The position numbers and the translations under genes were made by a program. 64,000 nucleotides of DNA from NCBI GenBank assembly GCA_963813715.1, contig CAWFAK010000005.1, positions 960,001 to 1,024,000 of the forward strand, given 5' to 3'. Below the pieces are notes generated by a model that was not told where the DNA came from, did not search any database, and saw only the letters and a list, made by a program, of their open reading frames with translations. Positions 53,616-64,000 of the stretch are shown here, piece by piece; positions within the stretch are counted from its first letter, which is position 1, and every line of letters begins with the position of its first letter. This stretch comes from an uncultured Planctomycetaceae bacterium (GTDB lineage: Bacteria; Planctomycetota; Planctomycetia; Planctomycetales; Planctomycetaceae).

Positions 53616-55750
53616 TCACGCCCCACCGCCCCACTTTTGGCGATCGAAATCCGCGAACGTCTGCCCCGCCTCGGCCAGCCGCTTAAGCAACGGCGAAGGC
53701 TTCCACCAGAAGCCCTGCTCCTTCTCGAACTGGCAGACGCGGTCGTAGACTTTCTTGAGGCCGATCGTGTCGGCGTAGAACATCGGGCCGCCGCGGAAGG
53801 CCGGAAAGCCGTAGCCGTAGATGTAGACGATGTCGATATCGACCGAACGCAGGGCGTGGCCTTCGTCGAGGATGAAGGCTCCTTCGTTGATCAGTCCGTA
53901 AATCGTCCGCTCGATGATCTCTTCCTTGCCGATCTTTCGCTGCGGGATGTTCGCCTCTTTCACGGCCGCGGCGATGATCTTTTCGGCCTCGGGGTCGGGC
54001 ATCGGCGTGCGGTTGCCTTTTTCGTACTTGTACCAGCCGCCGCCCGTCTTCTGGCCGTGCCGGCCCGCTTCGACGAGGCGATTGTCGGCCAGGTGCGGCC
54101 GCAGGCCGGCGGGGATTTTGTGCGCGGCCTCTTTGCGGACTTTGTAGCCGACGTCGAGACCGGCCAGGTCGCCGACAGCCAGCGGTCCCATGGCCATGCC
54201 GAATTCGTAGAGGGCCGCGTCGACCTCCTGCACCTTGGCCCCTTCTTCGACGAGGAAGGCCGCCTCGCGCATGTAAGGTCCGAACATGCGGTTGCCGACG
54301 AAGCCCCAGCAATTGCCGACGAGCACGCCGACCTTGCCGAGCTTCTTGGCCAGCGCCATCGAGGTCGCCAGCACTTCCTTCGACGACTGGTTGCCGCGGA
54401 CGATTTCCAACAACTTCATCACGTTGGCCGGGCTGAAGAAGTGATTGCCCACGACCATCTGCGGCCGCTTGGTCGACGCGGCGATCGCGTCGACGTCGAG
54501 CGTCGATGTGTTGGAAGCCAGCACGGCCCCCGGCTTGGCCACCTTGTCGATCTCGCCGAAAACTTTCTTCTTCAGCTCCATGTTCTCGAACACGGCTTCG
54601 ACGACGATGTCCGCCTCGCCGATGTCGGCGTAGTTGAGCGTCGGCTTGATCATCGCCAGCTTCTGATCGACCTGGGCCTGCGTCATCTTGCCCCGCTGCA
54701 CCGAAACGCCGTAATTGCGTTTGATCGTCTCCAGGCCGCGGTCGAGGGCCGGCTGATCGACCTCTTTGAGCGTCACCGGAATGCCGGCATTCACGTAGGT
54801 CATCGTGATGCCGCCCCCCATCGTGCCCGCGCCGATGACGGCCGCAGTCTTCACTTCGATCGGCTTGATGTCGTTGGGCAGGTCGGGAATCTTGGCGACC
54901 GTCCGCTCGCCGAAGAAGACGTGAATCAGCGATTTCGATTCGCTCGAGTAGAGGCATTCCTGAAAGAGCTCGGCCTCTTTCTTCACCCCTTCGGCAAACG
55001 GCAGCTTGCCGGCCGCTTCGACCGCTTCGATCGAGCGATAGGGCGACTGCATGCCCCGCCACGTTTTGGCGACCTGCTTCTTGAGTTCGGCGATGCCCGC
55101 CGCGACGGCCGCCGGCTCGCCAAAGCGGTCTTGGATCTCGCTCACCTTCCGCGGGCGGCTTTGCCCCCTTTCGACCGGGCGAATTTCACCGCGCCGGCCA
55201 GCAAGTCGCCGTCGACCAGCTCGTCGATGATGCCCCACTCGTGGGCCTGCTTGGCCGAAATCGGATTGCCGATCGCGCACAGCTCGGCCGCGTGCACAAT
55301 GCCGGCCAGCCGCGGCAAGCGCTGCGTGCCCGCACCGCCGGGAATCAGTCCGAGCTTCACCTCCGGCTGGCCCACCTGCGAATTCGGCACGGCGACGCGG
55401 TAGTGGCAGGCCTGTGCCAACTCCAAGCCGCCGCCAAAGGCCGTGCCATGAATCGCGCAGACGACCGGTTTCGGGCAGTTCTCCACGACCGTCAGCATCG
55501 GATGCAAACCCTGGTCGCGTTTCTTCTGTCCCGACGTGATCTTGCCGAACTCCTTGATGTCCGCCCCCGCGACGAAGGTGCGACCGCCGCCGATCAGCAC
55601 GATCGCCTTGACCGACGGGTCGGCGCCGGCCGCCTGCACGTGTTCGATCACCCCTTCGGGGACGCCCGGGCTCAGCGCGTTGACCGGCGGATTATTGATC
55701 GTCACGACCGCGACGTCACCGTCCTTGGAAAGCGTTACCAAGTCACTCAT
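53616..55750 (-). CDS. Multifunctional enoyl-CoA hydratase / 3-hydroxyacyl-CoA dehydrogenase (FadB/PimF-like); frameshift ~55150
   Basis: Hydratase motifs NPPVNAL, FVAGADI, GGGLELA and PEVKLG. Dehydrogenase motifs VIGAGTMGGGI, VEAVFE, SNTS, HFFSPAN and GFVGNR. Confidence 0.93.
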
Positions 55751-55871
55751 GGTGCGGATCCCTTTTTGTCAATCAGGTTTTTTGTCAAGCGCGTTGAGAG
55801 TCTGTATAACTGGATCGATCGAGATGCGATCGATTTCGAGCCTAAATCGCCCTGCGATTTCCGATCGGATA

Positions 55872-56021
55872 CCCCTCACCCCCAACCCCTCTCCCGCAAG
55901 GGGCGAGGGGGGAAGAGTTGCAGCTTTGGCCCCTCGGCACCGCAAGCCGTTATCTGCATAAGAAGGTGATTGCAATTCTCCTCCCCTCTCCCCCCGCGGG
56001 AGAGGGGCCGGGGGTGAGGGG
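55872..56021. repeat. Inverted pair of REP-like elements (CCCTCACCCC...CCCTCTCCC-N-GGGAGAGGG family)
   Basis: Copies at ~55872-55912 and ~55983-56021 in opposite orientation, each with an internal hairpin. Confidence 0.8.
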
Positions 56022-56132
56022 CCCACGCGATCGGTGTCCCAGGATCGCGCATGTCCTTAGGGCGAATGCCCGTCGATTTTTTTGCTAGGCGGCCCACTCG
56101 CGAAGGTCCTCATTCTCCAGGAATCACACGTC

Positions 56133-56892
56133 ATGAGCAACCGTTTTGACCTCACCGGCAAGAACGCCATCGTCACCGGCGCACGCGCGGAATTGGCCTG
56201 GCAATCGTCCGCGGCTTCGCCGAAGCCGGTGCGAACGTCACGCTGTGCGGCCGCAAGCAAGAAACGGTCGACGCGGCCCTCGCCGAGCTGGGCCCGGTCA
56301 AGGATAAAGTGCTGGGCGTCGTCGCGCACGTCGGCAAGAGCGAAGACCTGGAAACGCTGCTCGCCGAGGCGGAAAAGAAGTTCGGCCCCGTCAACGTGCT
56401 GGTCAACAACGCGGGGACCAACCCGTACTTCGGCCCAATCCTGGGCTCGGAAGACCCGCGTGGGACAAAACGATGGACGTCAACTTGAAGGGGCCCTACA
56501 TCCTCTCGCGGATGGTCGCGCCAAAAGATGGTGCAAACCGGCGGCGGCTCGATCCTCAACATCGCCTCGGTCGCCGGGCTGCAGGCCGCCGTCTACCAGG
56601 GAATTTATTCCGTCTCGAAGGCCGGCCTGATCATGCTGACCAAGTGCATGGCCCGCGAACTGGGCCGCCAGAAAATCCGCGTCAACTGCATCTGCCCCGG
56701 CGTGATCCGCACCCACCTGGCCGAAGCCCTGTGGAAAGACGAAGGCCGCCTGAAAGAATTCGTCAAAAACAAATCCCTCGGCCGCATCGGCGAGACGGAA
56801 GAAATCGTCGGCGCGGCGATTTACTTCGCGTCCGACGCGAGTTCATTCACGACCGGGGCGGCATCGTGATTGATGGGGGGATGGTGATTTAA
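56133..56892 (+). CDS. Short-chain dehydrogenase/reductase (DHRS4/FabG-like); several frameshifts
   Basis: LTGKNAIVTG, NNAG, NIASVAG, YSVSK and RVNCICPG distributed over three frames. Confidence 0.88.
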
Positions 56893-56959
56893 GGGCAGCT
56901 CAATGTTGACGAACTCCGGCGTGAGCTATTGGTCACACTCTCTTATTTAATCGCTCATT

Positions 56960-57090
56960 CATGAGCAGATTGTGGTGCCGAACCGAGCTCAATCCCGACA
57001 ATTACGGCGCGGCGGCCGGCGGATTCTTGCCGAGATCGATCAAATGCAGATCGAGGTTCGGATTCTCGCTCATCACCCGGCATAGGTCAT
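56960..57090 (+). pseudogene. Possible remnant of a small hypothetical protein gene
   Basis: Reads ...NPDNYGAAAGGFLAEIDQMQIEVR..., which looks coding, but has no intact start or ORF. Confidence 0.3.
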
Positions 57091-57378
57091 CGCCCCTCAC
57101 TCAGGAAGTGGGCTCGTAGGCGTTGAGTTTCTTTTCGGATTTTTGTCTCAGGGCTCCGTGAAATCTTCGAGCGAGATGTAGTGCTTGATGAAGGATCCGA
57201 TCCGCGGTAGCCAGTCACTCGACGTCAACTCGGTGCAATCCTGAAACTCTGCGAGGAACAAGAAGCCAGCTCGCACTGCATCGACAGTGCCTTTTTAATA
57301 TCGAGGCAAGTTGAGCATTGAAATCCTTTGCTTCGACCACCGTTTTAGGCCGGAGATTGGCAGGTCGGAAACCTCGAA

Positions 57379-58317
57379 TCATAGGCAGATTATACACACC
57401 GCAGACCAAGTCCTCGTCATTAGTGAGCGACCATTTGGCCGATCACGTGGTACGCCAGTCACCGTGGCGACCTCGGGCACCCCCCGCGTCATTTTGAGAC
57501 GGGAGTCGTTGCCCAAGCAAATAGACGACGATCCATTGCCTTGCGATTTCGTAGAGCCGGTCAACGTCCGCACGCGAGATCGTCGGCGAGTGCCGGTGAG
57601 TTCAGCGTGTCGAAGGTCGTTATTGTTGAGAAGACGCCCAAAAAAGTCCCAGTCAGATTGCGAAGCCCTCAGGGACGTCCTCGCAGACTTCCCGTAGATT
57701 AAGGAGAAGGCGTCACGAACCTTGTAAAGAGACATGAACCACGAGGAATGCTCGCGATGCGCGTATTCGTAGTAGTCGCCCCAGGGGCGATGGTAGTACT
57801 GAAGCAGTTTCCTCAAGCCGGCATTTGAGATCGCGTTTTTCGCGATTTCAGCCGCGATCCTAAGCGGTGGCTCGCGGTAGGTCGCCATTGTTTCGACGCC
57901 GAATGCCCCGCCCACCGTCACTCGCTTGAGTCCACGACGCGTCAAAAGTTCGGTCTCAACCGCCTTAGCATTGCTCTCGAACCGCTGATGAATGACCTCC
58001 GTGCGAGCTTCCACCCAGGAACGCCCCACCAGAAAATGACCATGCGGTCGCAATGATCTGCAACGCCCGAATCAATTCGTCTTCGGCAACTGGGACCTCA
58101 GCCGCATCGCCTACGGGCTTTTCGAGCGCGACGACGAAATCAGGCTAACTATACATTCTCCGGGAACGACCCCATGCCGTCATTCCGTCCCAGAGCGAGC
58201 TGTTGCCGTTAACGCCCATGCCCTTCAGAGAAGGAATTAGAACTGGGCCATCCTTCAAGGAGATTCGGACGACAGACGGGTCGGTGTTGCAAACTGGGAG
58301 ATTACCAATTCCACTCA
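57379..58317 (-). CDS. Hypothetical protein (disrupted), possibly HEPN-like
   Basis: ORF 57379-58053 contains SLYKV...W..F...LNNNDLRHA. Upstream coding-like frames extend to a GTG near 58317. Region is AT-richer than its flanks. Confidence 0.4.
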
Positions 58318-58376
58318 CTGCCTATTTCTCCCAGTTGCGCTCATAAGCCCGTTTGGCATTTCCCAGTTGCGGTGAC

Positions 58377-59123
58377 TCAGCCGCCGCGAATGTTCGCACA
58401 GTCGCGTCCAGAGCCAGAATTAGAACCGAGCACTATAAAAACGGTCATAAATTCGCTATACGCAAGCGTCTCCTTACCCATTCGCTCGATCGCCGAATCA
58501 TCCCCACTCATGCGGAACACCAAGTAGTTTATCGTGTCTTCGGCATCCATATGCGTCTGTGAGCTCAATCGTGCATACGCCGTGCGATAGGCGGTCCCTT
58601 CACCAATCGCGGCGAAGCGATCGCGGATTTGCTTGGGAAACTTCACCGTGAGGTCAAGTGGGGCGATGCCAGCAAACTCCCGCTCGGCGCCTTCAAGGAA
58701 TCGCAATCGAAATTGGTGCAACACCTTTCGCGTGTTGATTCGCGTGCTGTGATCGGCCCTCTCCGGCCCCGGAAGGGTTTCTACAAGTTGTTCCCACTCT
58801 CTAATCTGCTTCGCGTCCTGATCCACGTAATCGCGTAGCCATGCGATAAAGCGCGAATTTCGGTCGGATTCCATGATGAATCGAATGTTTGTCGAGGCTT
58901 CTATGGCAACCCGCGCCGCGACCTCAGCGGTCGCTGCATTCGCCGTAGCGATACAGGTGATCGCGGCGGCCACATGTTCATACGTCCGATCGCACATGTG
59001 CAAAATGACGCCATAGGTTGGCTCCGACGCGACGACGTTGTCGGCTGCCTGGGCTAGTTGTAAATCGGCGAATGCCCGCGCGCCGAGTACATGCTCGACC
59101 AGCGCAGGCCACGCGCCCACCAA
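58377..59123 (-). CDS. Helical hypothetical protein resembling DUF5677
   Basis: Pattern ARVAIEA..NIRFI...YARLSSQTH. The C-terminus may continue to ~58322 through a frameshift. Confidence 0.5.
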   Translation of the reverse strand: MVGAWPALVEHVLGARAFADLQLAQAADNVVASEPTYGVILHMCDRTYEHVAAAITCIATANAATAEVAARVAIEASTNIRFIMESDRNSRFIAWLRDYVDQDAKQIREWEQLVETLPGPERADHSTRINTRKVLHQFRLRFLEGAEREFAGIAPLDLTVKFPKQIRDRFAAIGEGTAYRTAYARLSSQTHMDAEDTINYLVFRMSGDDSAIERMGKETLAYSEFMTVFIVLGSNSGSGRDCANIRGG

Positions 59124-59753
59124 TCGGGTAATCGAACTTTGTGGTAAGCCTCAAACCGTGCTTGCCAAGCCGTCGTTTCCATGATCCACATTCGAATGAA
59201 GTGACGACTCGATCGGGCTCGTGCGCGAGCTGGTCCGACGGGAGGCGGGGTGCCCGCTTTAGAGGAAGCCCCGAATCTTCGCCTTGTTGCGTTTTACATA
59301 ACTTCCGGCCCACGGAAACATGGGGGCTTCCTCAGCGGAGCGCCCGGATCACGCATCTCTCTGCACGCGCGGTGGACCAATTTCCTTCCCTTATTGAAAA
59401 ATTTGGTCCGCCGGGTCAACTTTGGTCCACCGTCCTCAGTGGTGTTTCTAGGTGCATAGAACATTGGGCTTCGCCGGGCGAGGGAGGTGCCGTACGATCG
59501 AAGGATGCGCTTCGCGGCAGTGCGTCGTTGTGCGTCCATTGGTCCCTTGCCGGGGAAAAGCTCCCCGCCGATGACAAAAGTTTCATCCCCGGCGTGACGG
59601 GACCATCACATTTGACATAAGGGAGGCGGACCCACCGATGAGAGTCCCACCGGTCAGTGTCGATCCGTTGAGTGGCGATCCGGCCCGGCAATCGCAACGT
59701 GCGAAAGAGCACTGGCGGGTCAAAGCTCCCGCCAGTGGCACCCGGCGCGGTCG

Positions 59754-60215
59754 CTATGCTTTGACCAACTGCATCCCGTGTTGTTTTGGATCAAAGTCGG
59801 CTGGAAACCTCGTGCGCAAATCGTAAACGGCCCCCTCAAGCTTTGCCCGAGCAAAGGTTGCGCCCGCCAAGTCGGCCCCAGTCAAGTTAGTGCTACCGTT
59901 GAGCGCATCGCGGCCTAAGTCGGCTTCGTCAAAGCAAGCCTGCTGGAGATTAGCCGCCTCGAAACAGACACCGCGCAATTGTGCGCCCCGAAAGTCGGCT
60001 TTGACGGCCGTCGCTTCAAAGAAGTTGGCCCAATAGAGATCGCATTTGACAAAGCTGGCATTGTGGAGCCTGGCTTGTGCGAAAAAAGCACCCTCCAACG
60101 TCAGGCCATCAAAGACCGCGCCGTTCAATTTCCTGCCGCTCAAATCGAGACTCCCTCGAGACTCGCGTTCACCCAGCCGCAAAATGACCTTGCCGTCGCG
60201 GTTGAGGATGTCCAT
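59754..60215 (-). CDS. Pentapeptide repeat protein
   Basis: A(D/N)Lxx-type repeats (LDLSG, ADFRG, ANLQQ, ADLAG) ending GAVYD..TRFP.DFDP. Confidence 0.85.
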   Translation of the reverse strand: MDILNRDGKVILRLGERESRGSLDLSGRKLNGAVFDGLTLEGAFFAQARLHNASFVKCDLYWANFFEATAVKADFRGAQLRGVCFEAANLQQACFDEADLGRDALNGSTNLTGADLAGATFARAKLEGAVYDLRTRFPADFDPKQHGMQLVKA

Positions 60216-60337
60216 CGCAATCTTCGAGTGCCGCGTTGAGGTTCCCGGGTGGTGGTTCGTATTGAAAAACGAAGCACCCGCCAGCTGACGCTGGCGGCTC
60301 GCCGGGTACTTTGCCTGCTTCGCGATCGTCGTAAACC

Positions 60338-61474
60338 CTACATCGCCCGACGTTGTTTCCTGCCGCCGACGAAGCTCTCGAGCACCATGTTGCCCAGGTC
60401 GTCGGAGTTGCAGAAGGCGGCGACGCCGTGGGTGACTTGGGCTAACCGTTCCACGAAGTTCACCAGGCCGAGGTAGAAGTAATCCTCGATCAGGGCGAAG
60501 CTCGAGATCGTCAGCCCTTCGTCGGCGCAGCGCTTGGCTTCCGCCAGGGTGAGGCGGGCGGTTTGTTCGGCCGGCGGGTAGATCATCACGATCTCGCGGC
60601 CTTCGATGTGGGCCGTCGGTTCGCCGTCGGTGACGATGATGATCTGCTTGTTTTGCGCCGGGTGTCGGCGGAGGATGCGGCGGGCGAACTGCAGGCCGGC
60701 GTGGATGTTGGTGAAGTGCTCGGGCACGAACCGCGGCGGCTTGTCGAGATTGATCCGCAGGCGGATTCGCGGATCGTACATGCTCACCGGCTTGGGGGCC
60801 GACGCGAGGAGCTGCCGCTCGGTGAGGGGGCTGGCGTACGTGTAGAAGCCGACGACCTGCAAAAAGTCGCCCTGGTAGCGGCTGCGGACGAGCGACTGCA
60901 GGGCCATCGCCACTTTCTTGGCCTGGCCGTATTTGCCGAAGCGGGTCATGCTGCCCGACATGTCCAAGAGGACGACCGTCGCGCACGACGTCTGGTACTC
61001 GGTGTCGTAGACGACCAGGTCGTCCTCGCTGATATGCACGGGCGAGCCGCCGCCTTGGCGGAGGAGGGCGTTCTTCAGCGTCTCGTGCATGTTGAGGTTG
61101 CTCACCGGGTCGCCGAACTCGTACGGCTTCGACTCGTCGTGCATCGTCTGCCCGGCCCCGCGGAATTCGGTCTCGTGCTTGCCGAGCTTGTCCTTGCGGG
61201 CGATCTGAAAGAGTTCTTCGAGCGCCTTCGATTCGACGCGGCGAATGCCCTTGGGCGTGACGAAGTACTTTCCGTCGGCGTCCTTTTCGACGTAGCCGCG
61301 CTTGATCAGCATGTCGACGACGTCGGGGTGCTCTTCCTCCCACTGGTCGAGGTAGTCGAGCATTTCGTCGCCCCAGTCAAGCATGTGCTTGGACAATTCG
61401 TCGAAGACAGCATCGGCCGACTGCGGCGAGAACTGCTCGGAGCCGTCAAACTTGGAATACTCGAAGTGGGACAT
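60338..61474 (-). CDS. VWA-domain protein
   Basis: MIDAS motif LLDMSGSM, FTNIHAGL and IVTDGEPTAH. Confidence 0.88.
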   Translation of the reverse strand: MSHFEYSKFDGSEQFSPQSADAVFDELSKHMLDWGDEMLDYLDQWEEEHPDVVDMLIKRGYVEKDADGKYFVTPKGIRRVESKALEELFQIARKDKLGKHETEFRGAGQTMHDESKPYEFGDPVSNLNMHETLKNALLRQGGGSPVHISEDDLVVYDTEYQTSCATVVLLDMSGSMTRFGKYGQAKKVAMALQSLVRSRYQGDFLQVVGFYTYASPLTERQLLASAPKPVSMYDPRIRLRINLDKPPRFVPEHFTNIHAGLQFARRILRRHPAQNKQIIIVTDGEPTAHIEGREIVMIYPPAEQTARLTLAEAKRCADEGLTISSFALIEDYFYLGLVNFVERLAQVTHGVAAFCNSDDLGNMVLESFVGGRKQRRAM

Positions 61475-61531
61475 TTTTGTTCCTGCCGCGTGCCTGCGTG
61501 ATCGGGCTGGATGGCGGAGGCGGTTTTACAA

Positions 61532-61643
61532 CTCCCTCTCCCGGTCCGCCGGGAGAGGGTCGGGGTGAGGGCTGCCTTTCGGTGCGGTGCCGAGCGCGAA
61601 GAAGAGCCCTCACCCTGCCCTCTCCCATCGGAATGGGAGAGGG
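61532..61643. repeat. Second inverted pair of the same REP-like family
   Basis: CTCCCTCTCCC-ggtccgcc-GGGAGAGGGTCGGGGTGAGGG and CCCTCACCCTGCCCTCTCCC-atcggaat-GGGAGAGGG. Confidence 0.8.
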
Positions 61644-61657
61644 TTTGGAAACTGCCC

Positions 61658-62671
61658 CTAGCCGGCCACCGATTCTCGTTCCTTTTCCGCCGCCAGCATC
61701 TCGAGGATGCGGGTGACCAATTGCGGCAACCCCTGCCCCGAGACGGCCGAGATTTTCAACACCTCCGGGCCAATCTCTTCGGTGAATTGTTCGTAGACGG
61801 GGGTCGCTTCGGCTAGCTCACATTTGGTAATGCAGACCAATTGCGGCCGCTCGATCAGTGTCGGATCGTACAGGCGCAACTCTTCGCGGATGGCCCGGTA
61901 ATTCTCCAGGGGGTTCGATTCGTCGGACGGCACCGGCTCGACCAGATGCACCAAAACCTTCGTCCGCTCGACGTGCTTCAAAAACTCGTGACCCAGGCCG
62001 CTGCCGGCGTGCGCCCCCTCGATCAGTCCGGGGATGTCGGCCATCACGAATTCCTGGTCGTAGCCCGTCCGCACGAGGCCCAGGTTCGGATACTTGGTCG
62101 TGAACGGATAGTCGGCGATTTCGGGATGGGCCCGCGACATGCGGCTGAGCAAGGTCGACTTGCCGGCATTTGGTTTGCCGATCAGGCCGACGTCGGCGAT
62201 CAGTTTGAGTTCAAGGGCGACATTTCGGATCTGGCCCGGTTTGCCCCGTTCGAATTGGCGCGGGGCGCGATTGGTGGAGGTGGCAAAGTGCTTATTGCCA
62301 TAGCCCCCGTCGCCGCCGCGAGCGACGACGACCGAGTCGCCGTCGCTGCTGAGATCTTTGAGGAGAAAGCCGCGCTCGGCATCGCGGACCAGGGTGCCGG
62401 GGGGGACGCGAATCACGGCGTCTTGGCCGCGTTTGCCGGTCATCAGCGAGCCCATGCCGTGCTCGCCGCGCTCGCCCCGCCAGTGCTTGTGGCCGACGAT
62501 GTTTCCCAGGCTGCTGACGTTTTCGTCAGCGATCACCACGACGTCGCCGCCGTCACCGCCATTGCCCCCATCGGGACCGCCGCGCGGAACGCGAGCCTCG
62601 CGGCGAAAGCTGAGACACCCGGAGCCGCCATCGCCGGCCTGGCAGTAAATCGTGAACCGATCGACAAACAT
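61658..62671 (-). CDS. obgE: GTPase ObgE/CgtA
   Basis: MFVD...GGPDGGNGG Gly-rich Obg domain, plus GKPNAGKST, YPFTT, DIPGLIEGA and TKCE. Confidence 0.97.
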   Translation of the reverse strand: MFVDRFTIYCQAGDGGSGCLSFRREARVPRGGPDGGNGGDGGDVVVIADENVSSLGNIVGHKHWRGERGEHGMGSLMTGKRGQDAVIRVPPGTLVRDAERGFLLKDLSSDGDSVVVARGGDGGYGNKHFATSTNRAPRQFERGKPGQIRNVALELKLIADVGLIGKPNAGKSTLLSRMSRAHPEIADYPFTTKYPNLGLVRTGYDQEFVMADIPGLIEGAHAGSGLGHEFLKHVERTKVLVHLVEPVPSDESNPLENYRAIREELRLYDPTLIERPQLVCITKCELAEATPVYEQFTEEIGPEVLKISAVSGQGLPQLVTRILEMLAAEKERESVAG

Positions 62672-62738
62672 GGGTTCAATTATGGCCGATGGGGGGCGTG
62701 CCGAATAGCGGCCCGCCGCGGACCGCCGCGAATCTCGC

Positions 62739-63844
62739 CTAAGGCGTGAGCTTGGTTCGCGTTACGTTCCAGGCTTCGGTCGCTTTTTCGTCCTTGAGCG
62801 TGCCCGACCCGCGAATCCACCAACGGGTCGTCTGCATGTTGCCCAGAGGTTTGACGCCAAATAACAAAGTGTCGACTTGCAGGTTGCCGTCGACGTGGAA
62901 GGCGATGAAGTCGCCCGGATCGTTGCCGAAGTATTTCAGGCCCTGCGGCGATTTGTCGTGGAGGATGGCAGTCGACACGTCGACGGGCACCCAGCCGACG
63001 CCCCGCGCGAAGAACTCGGCCTTCACGTGCGTCTGGTAATAAGGATGGTTGAACCAAATCTTGCCCAGCTCGGACGACTTGGCCCAGCGGCCCCAGAGCG
63101 TTCGCGCGGGAATCTCGCTGGCTCGCAGAATCGAGGCGAACAGGACCGACAGTCCGCCACAATCGGCCCGGCCGCTCTTGCAGACGGCCGTCGCATGGAA
63201 CTCTTTTTTCAGCGGAGCGTCGTATTGCATGCCGGCCTTGAGAGCCAAAAACACGCGGCGGGCGAAATGGATTTCGCCTTCGTGGGTGCCGCGCTCCAGA
63301 CCGTGCTGTTGGACCCACTGGTGGAAATCGGGCTGATCGAAGTCGAAGTAGCCGCCATTCGCCAAATACATCTGTCGTTCGGCCGGCGCGAGATCGGGGA
63401 CCGTGCGAGGCGCCCCTTTGCGGAGCTTGCGGGATCTCAACGTCGCCTCATACGTGAGCTGGATCTTCATCGAGCTGATCGGTCGCTCGCCGGCTCGCAC
63501 GCGGGCCATCACCAGGGGCCGCGCCAAATCGCCCTTTTCATGAACGAGCTCACCAGCGGGGTCGAGCGTCGTCTCGACTTTGATTTGCCCCGGCAGCTCG
63601 GGCGCTCGGGCGCGAAAACGGTCCACTCTTTCCCCTGGCAGTTGGGGTAGGACACGTCGCGGGTCAGCGTGGCGACCACCCGCGCGACCGACTGGACACT
63701 GAGCGAATAACCCTCGGAGGGAGCCCGATCCCAGTCGCCGGCGGTCGCGCTCGTCTTCGCATCCGGCGGCGCCACCGGCAGGCTGCCGACGAGCGCCAAC
63801 GAAACCCACAGACTCAAACCTAAGCGATACGACTGACTGGCCAT
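62739..63844 (-). CDS. Secreted transglutaminase-like domain protein; frameshift ~63620
   Basis: Signal peptide in ORF 63509-63844. Triad motifs ADCGGLSVLF, HVKAEF and GWVPVD. Confidence 0.85.
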
Positions 63845-64000
63845 CGACCGATCCCCACAGGCGGCGCGCCGCAGCGCACACAGTCCTTAGAGGATAATCG
63901 CCATCAGTCACGAATCGAAACGAGCAGTATCTTGCCGGCAATCGCCGGGCGACGGGCTAACGGCAAGACCCTCGCCCACGCGCCGGGTGAGTGGATGCAA

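Noticed and set aside
53637..55403. Long antisense ORFs (also 7428-8780, 21433-23040, 39886-41625)
   Set aside because: Typical high-GC shadow frames opposite well-supported genes.
59231..59432. Retron msr/msd or group II intron RNA
   Set aside because: No reverse transcriptase in the window and no recognisable domain V or msr features.
60216..61343. 529-aa ORF suggesting a large pentapeptide fusion
   Set aside because: The Arg-rich upstream part is an alternate frame of the VWA gene. The real start is ~60215.
53490..61643. CRISPR array
   Set aside because: The repeats are inverted pairs without regular unique spacers, and there are no cas genes.

Overview
High-GC window from a Planctomycetota genome. 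This rests on the LEDRTLLS (LEPR-XLL) secretion signature, OmcB-like DUF11 proteins, a TPR+CRTAC1/ASPIC-UnbV protein and planctomycete-type intergenic repeats. It is mostly core and cell-envelope genes: dapL, an FHA protein, an M20 peptidase, serS, malQ, an S41 peptidase, a lone eboE, a BNR/sialidase protein, a ~9.8-kb giant secreted multidomain protease/adhesin, an ATP-grasp protein, a FabF-like KS, tRNA-Leu(TAG), split transketolase, a GNAT, a heparinase II/III protein, a FadB-like enzyme, an SDR, a VWA protein, obgE and a transglutaminase-like protein. Roughly 30 apparent frameshifts, including in serS and dapL, point to long-read indel errors rather than gene decay. The best candidate for an undescribed system is at 35.8-38.9 kb. 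There, a CsrA-HisKA-like-receiver fusion gene is paired with a PAS hybrid histidine kinase. It is preceded by a leader with three ANGGAUG stem-loops (one matching the CsrA consensus core ACAAGGAUGU) plus a GGA-containing RBS. The next gene, a DUF11 surface protein, has its RBS in a GGA-loop hairpin. Together these suggest a phosphorylation-switched post-transcriptional circuit. Other points: the KS appears to have Glu at the catalytic Cys position, the giant protein has a Glu-type S53-like protease domain and an inserted module, and a small AT-richer accessory island at ~56.9-60.2 kb carries repeated operator-like motifs.
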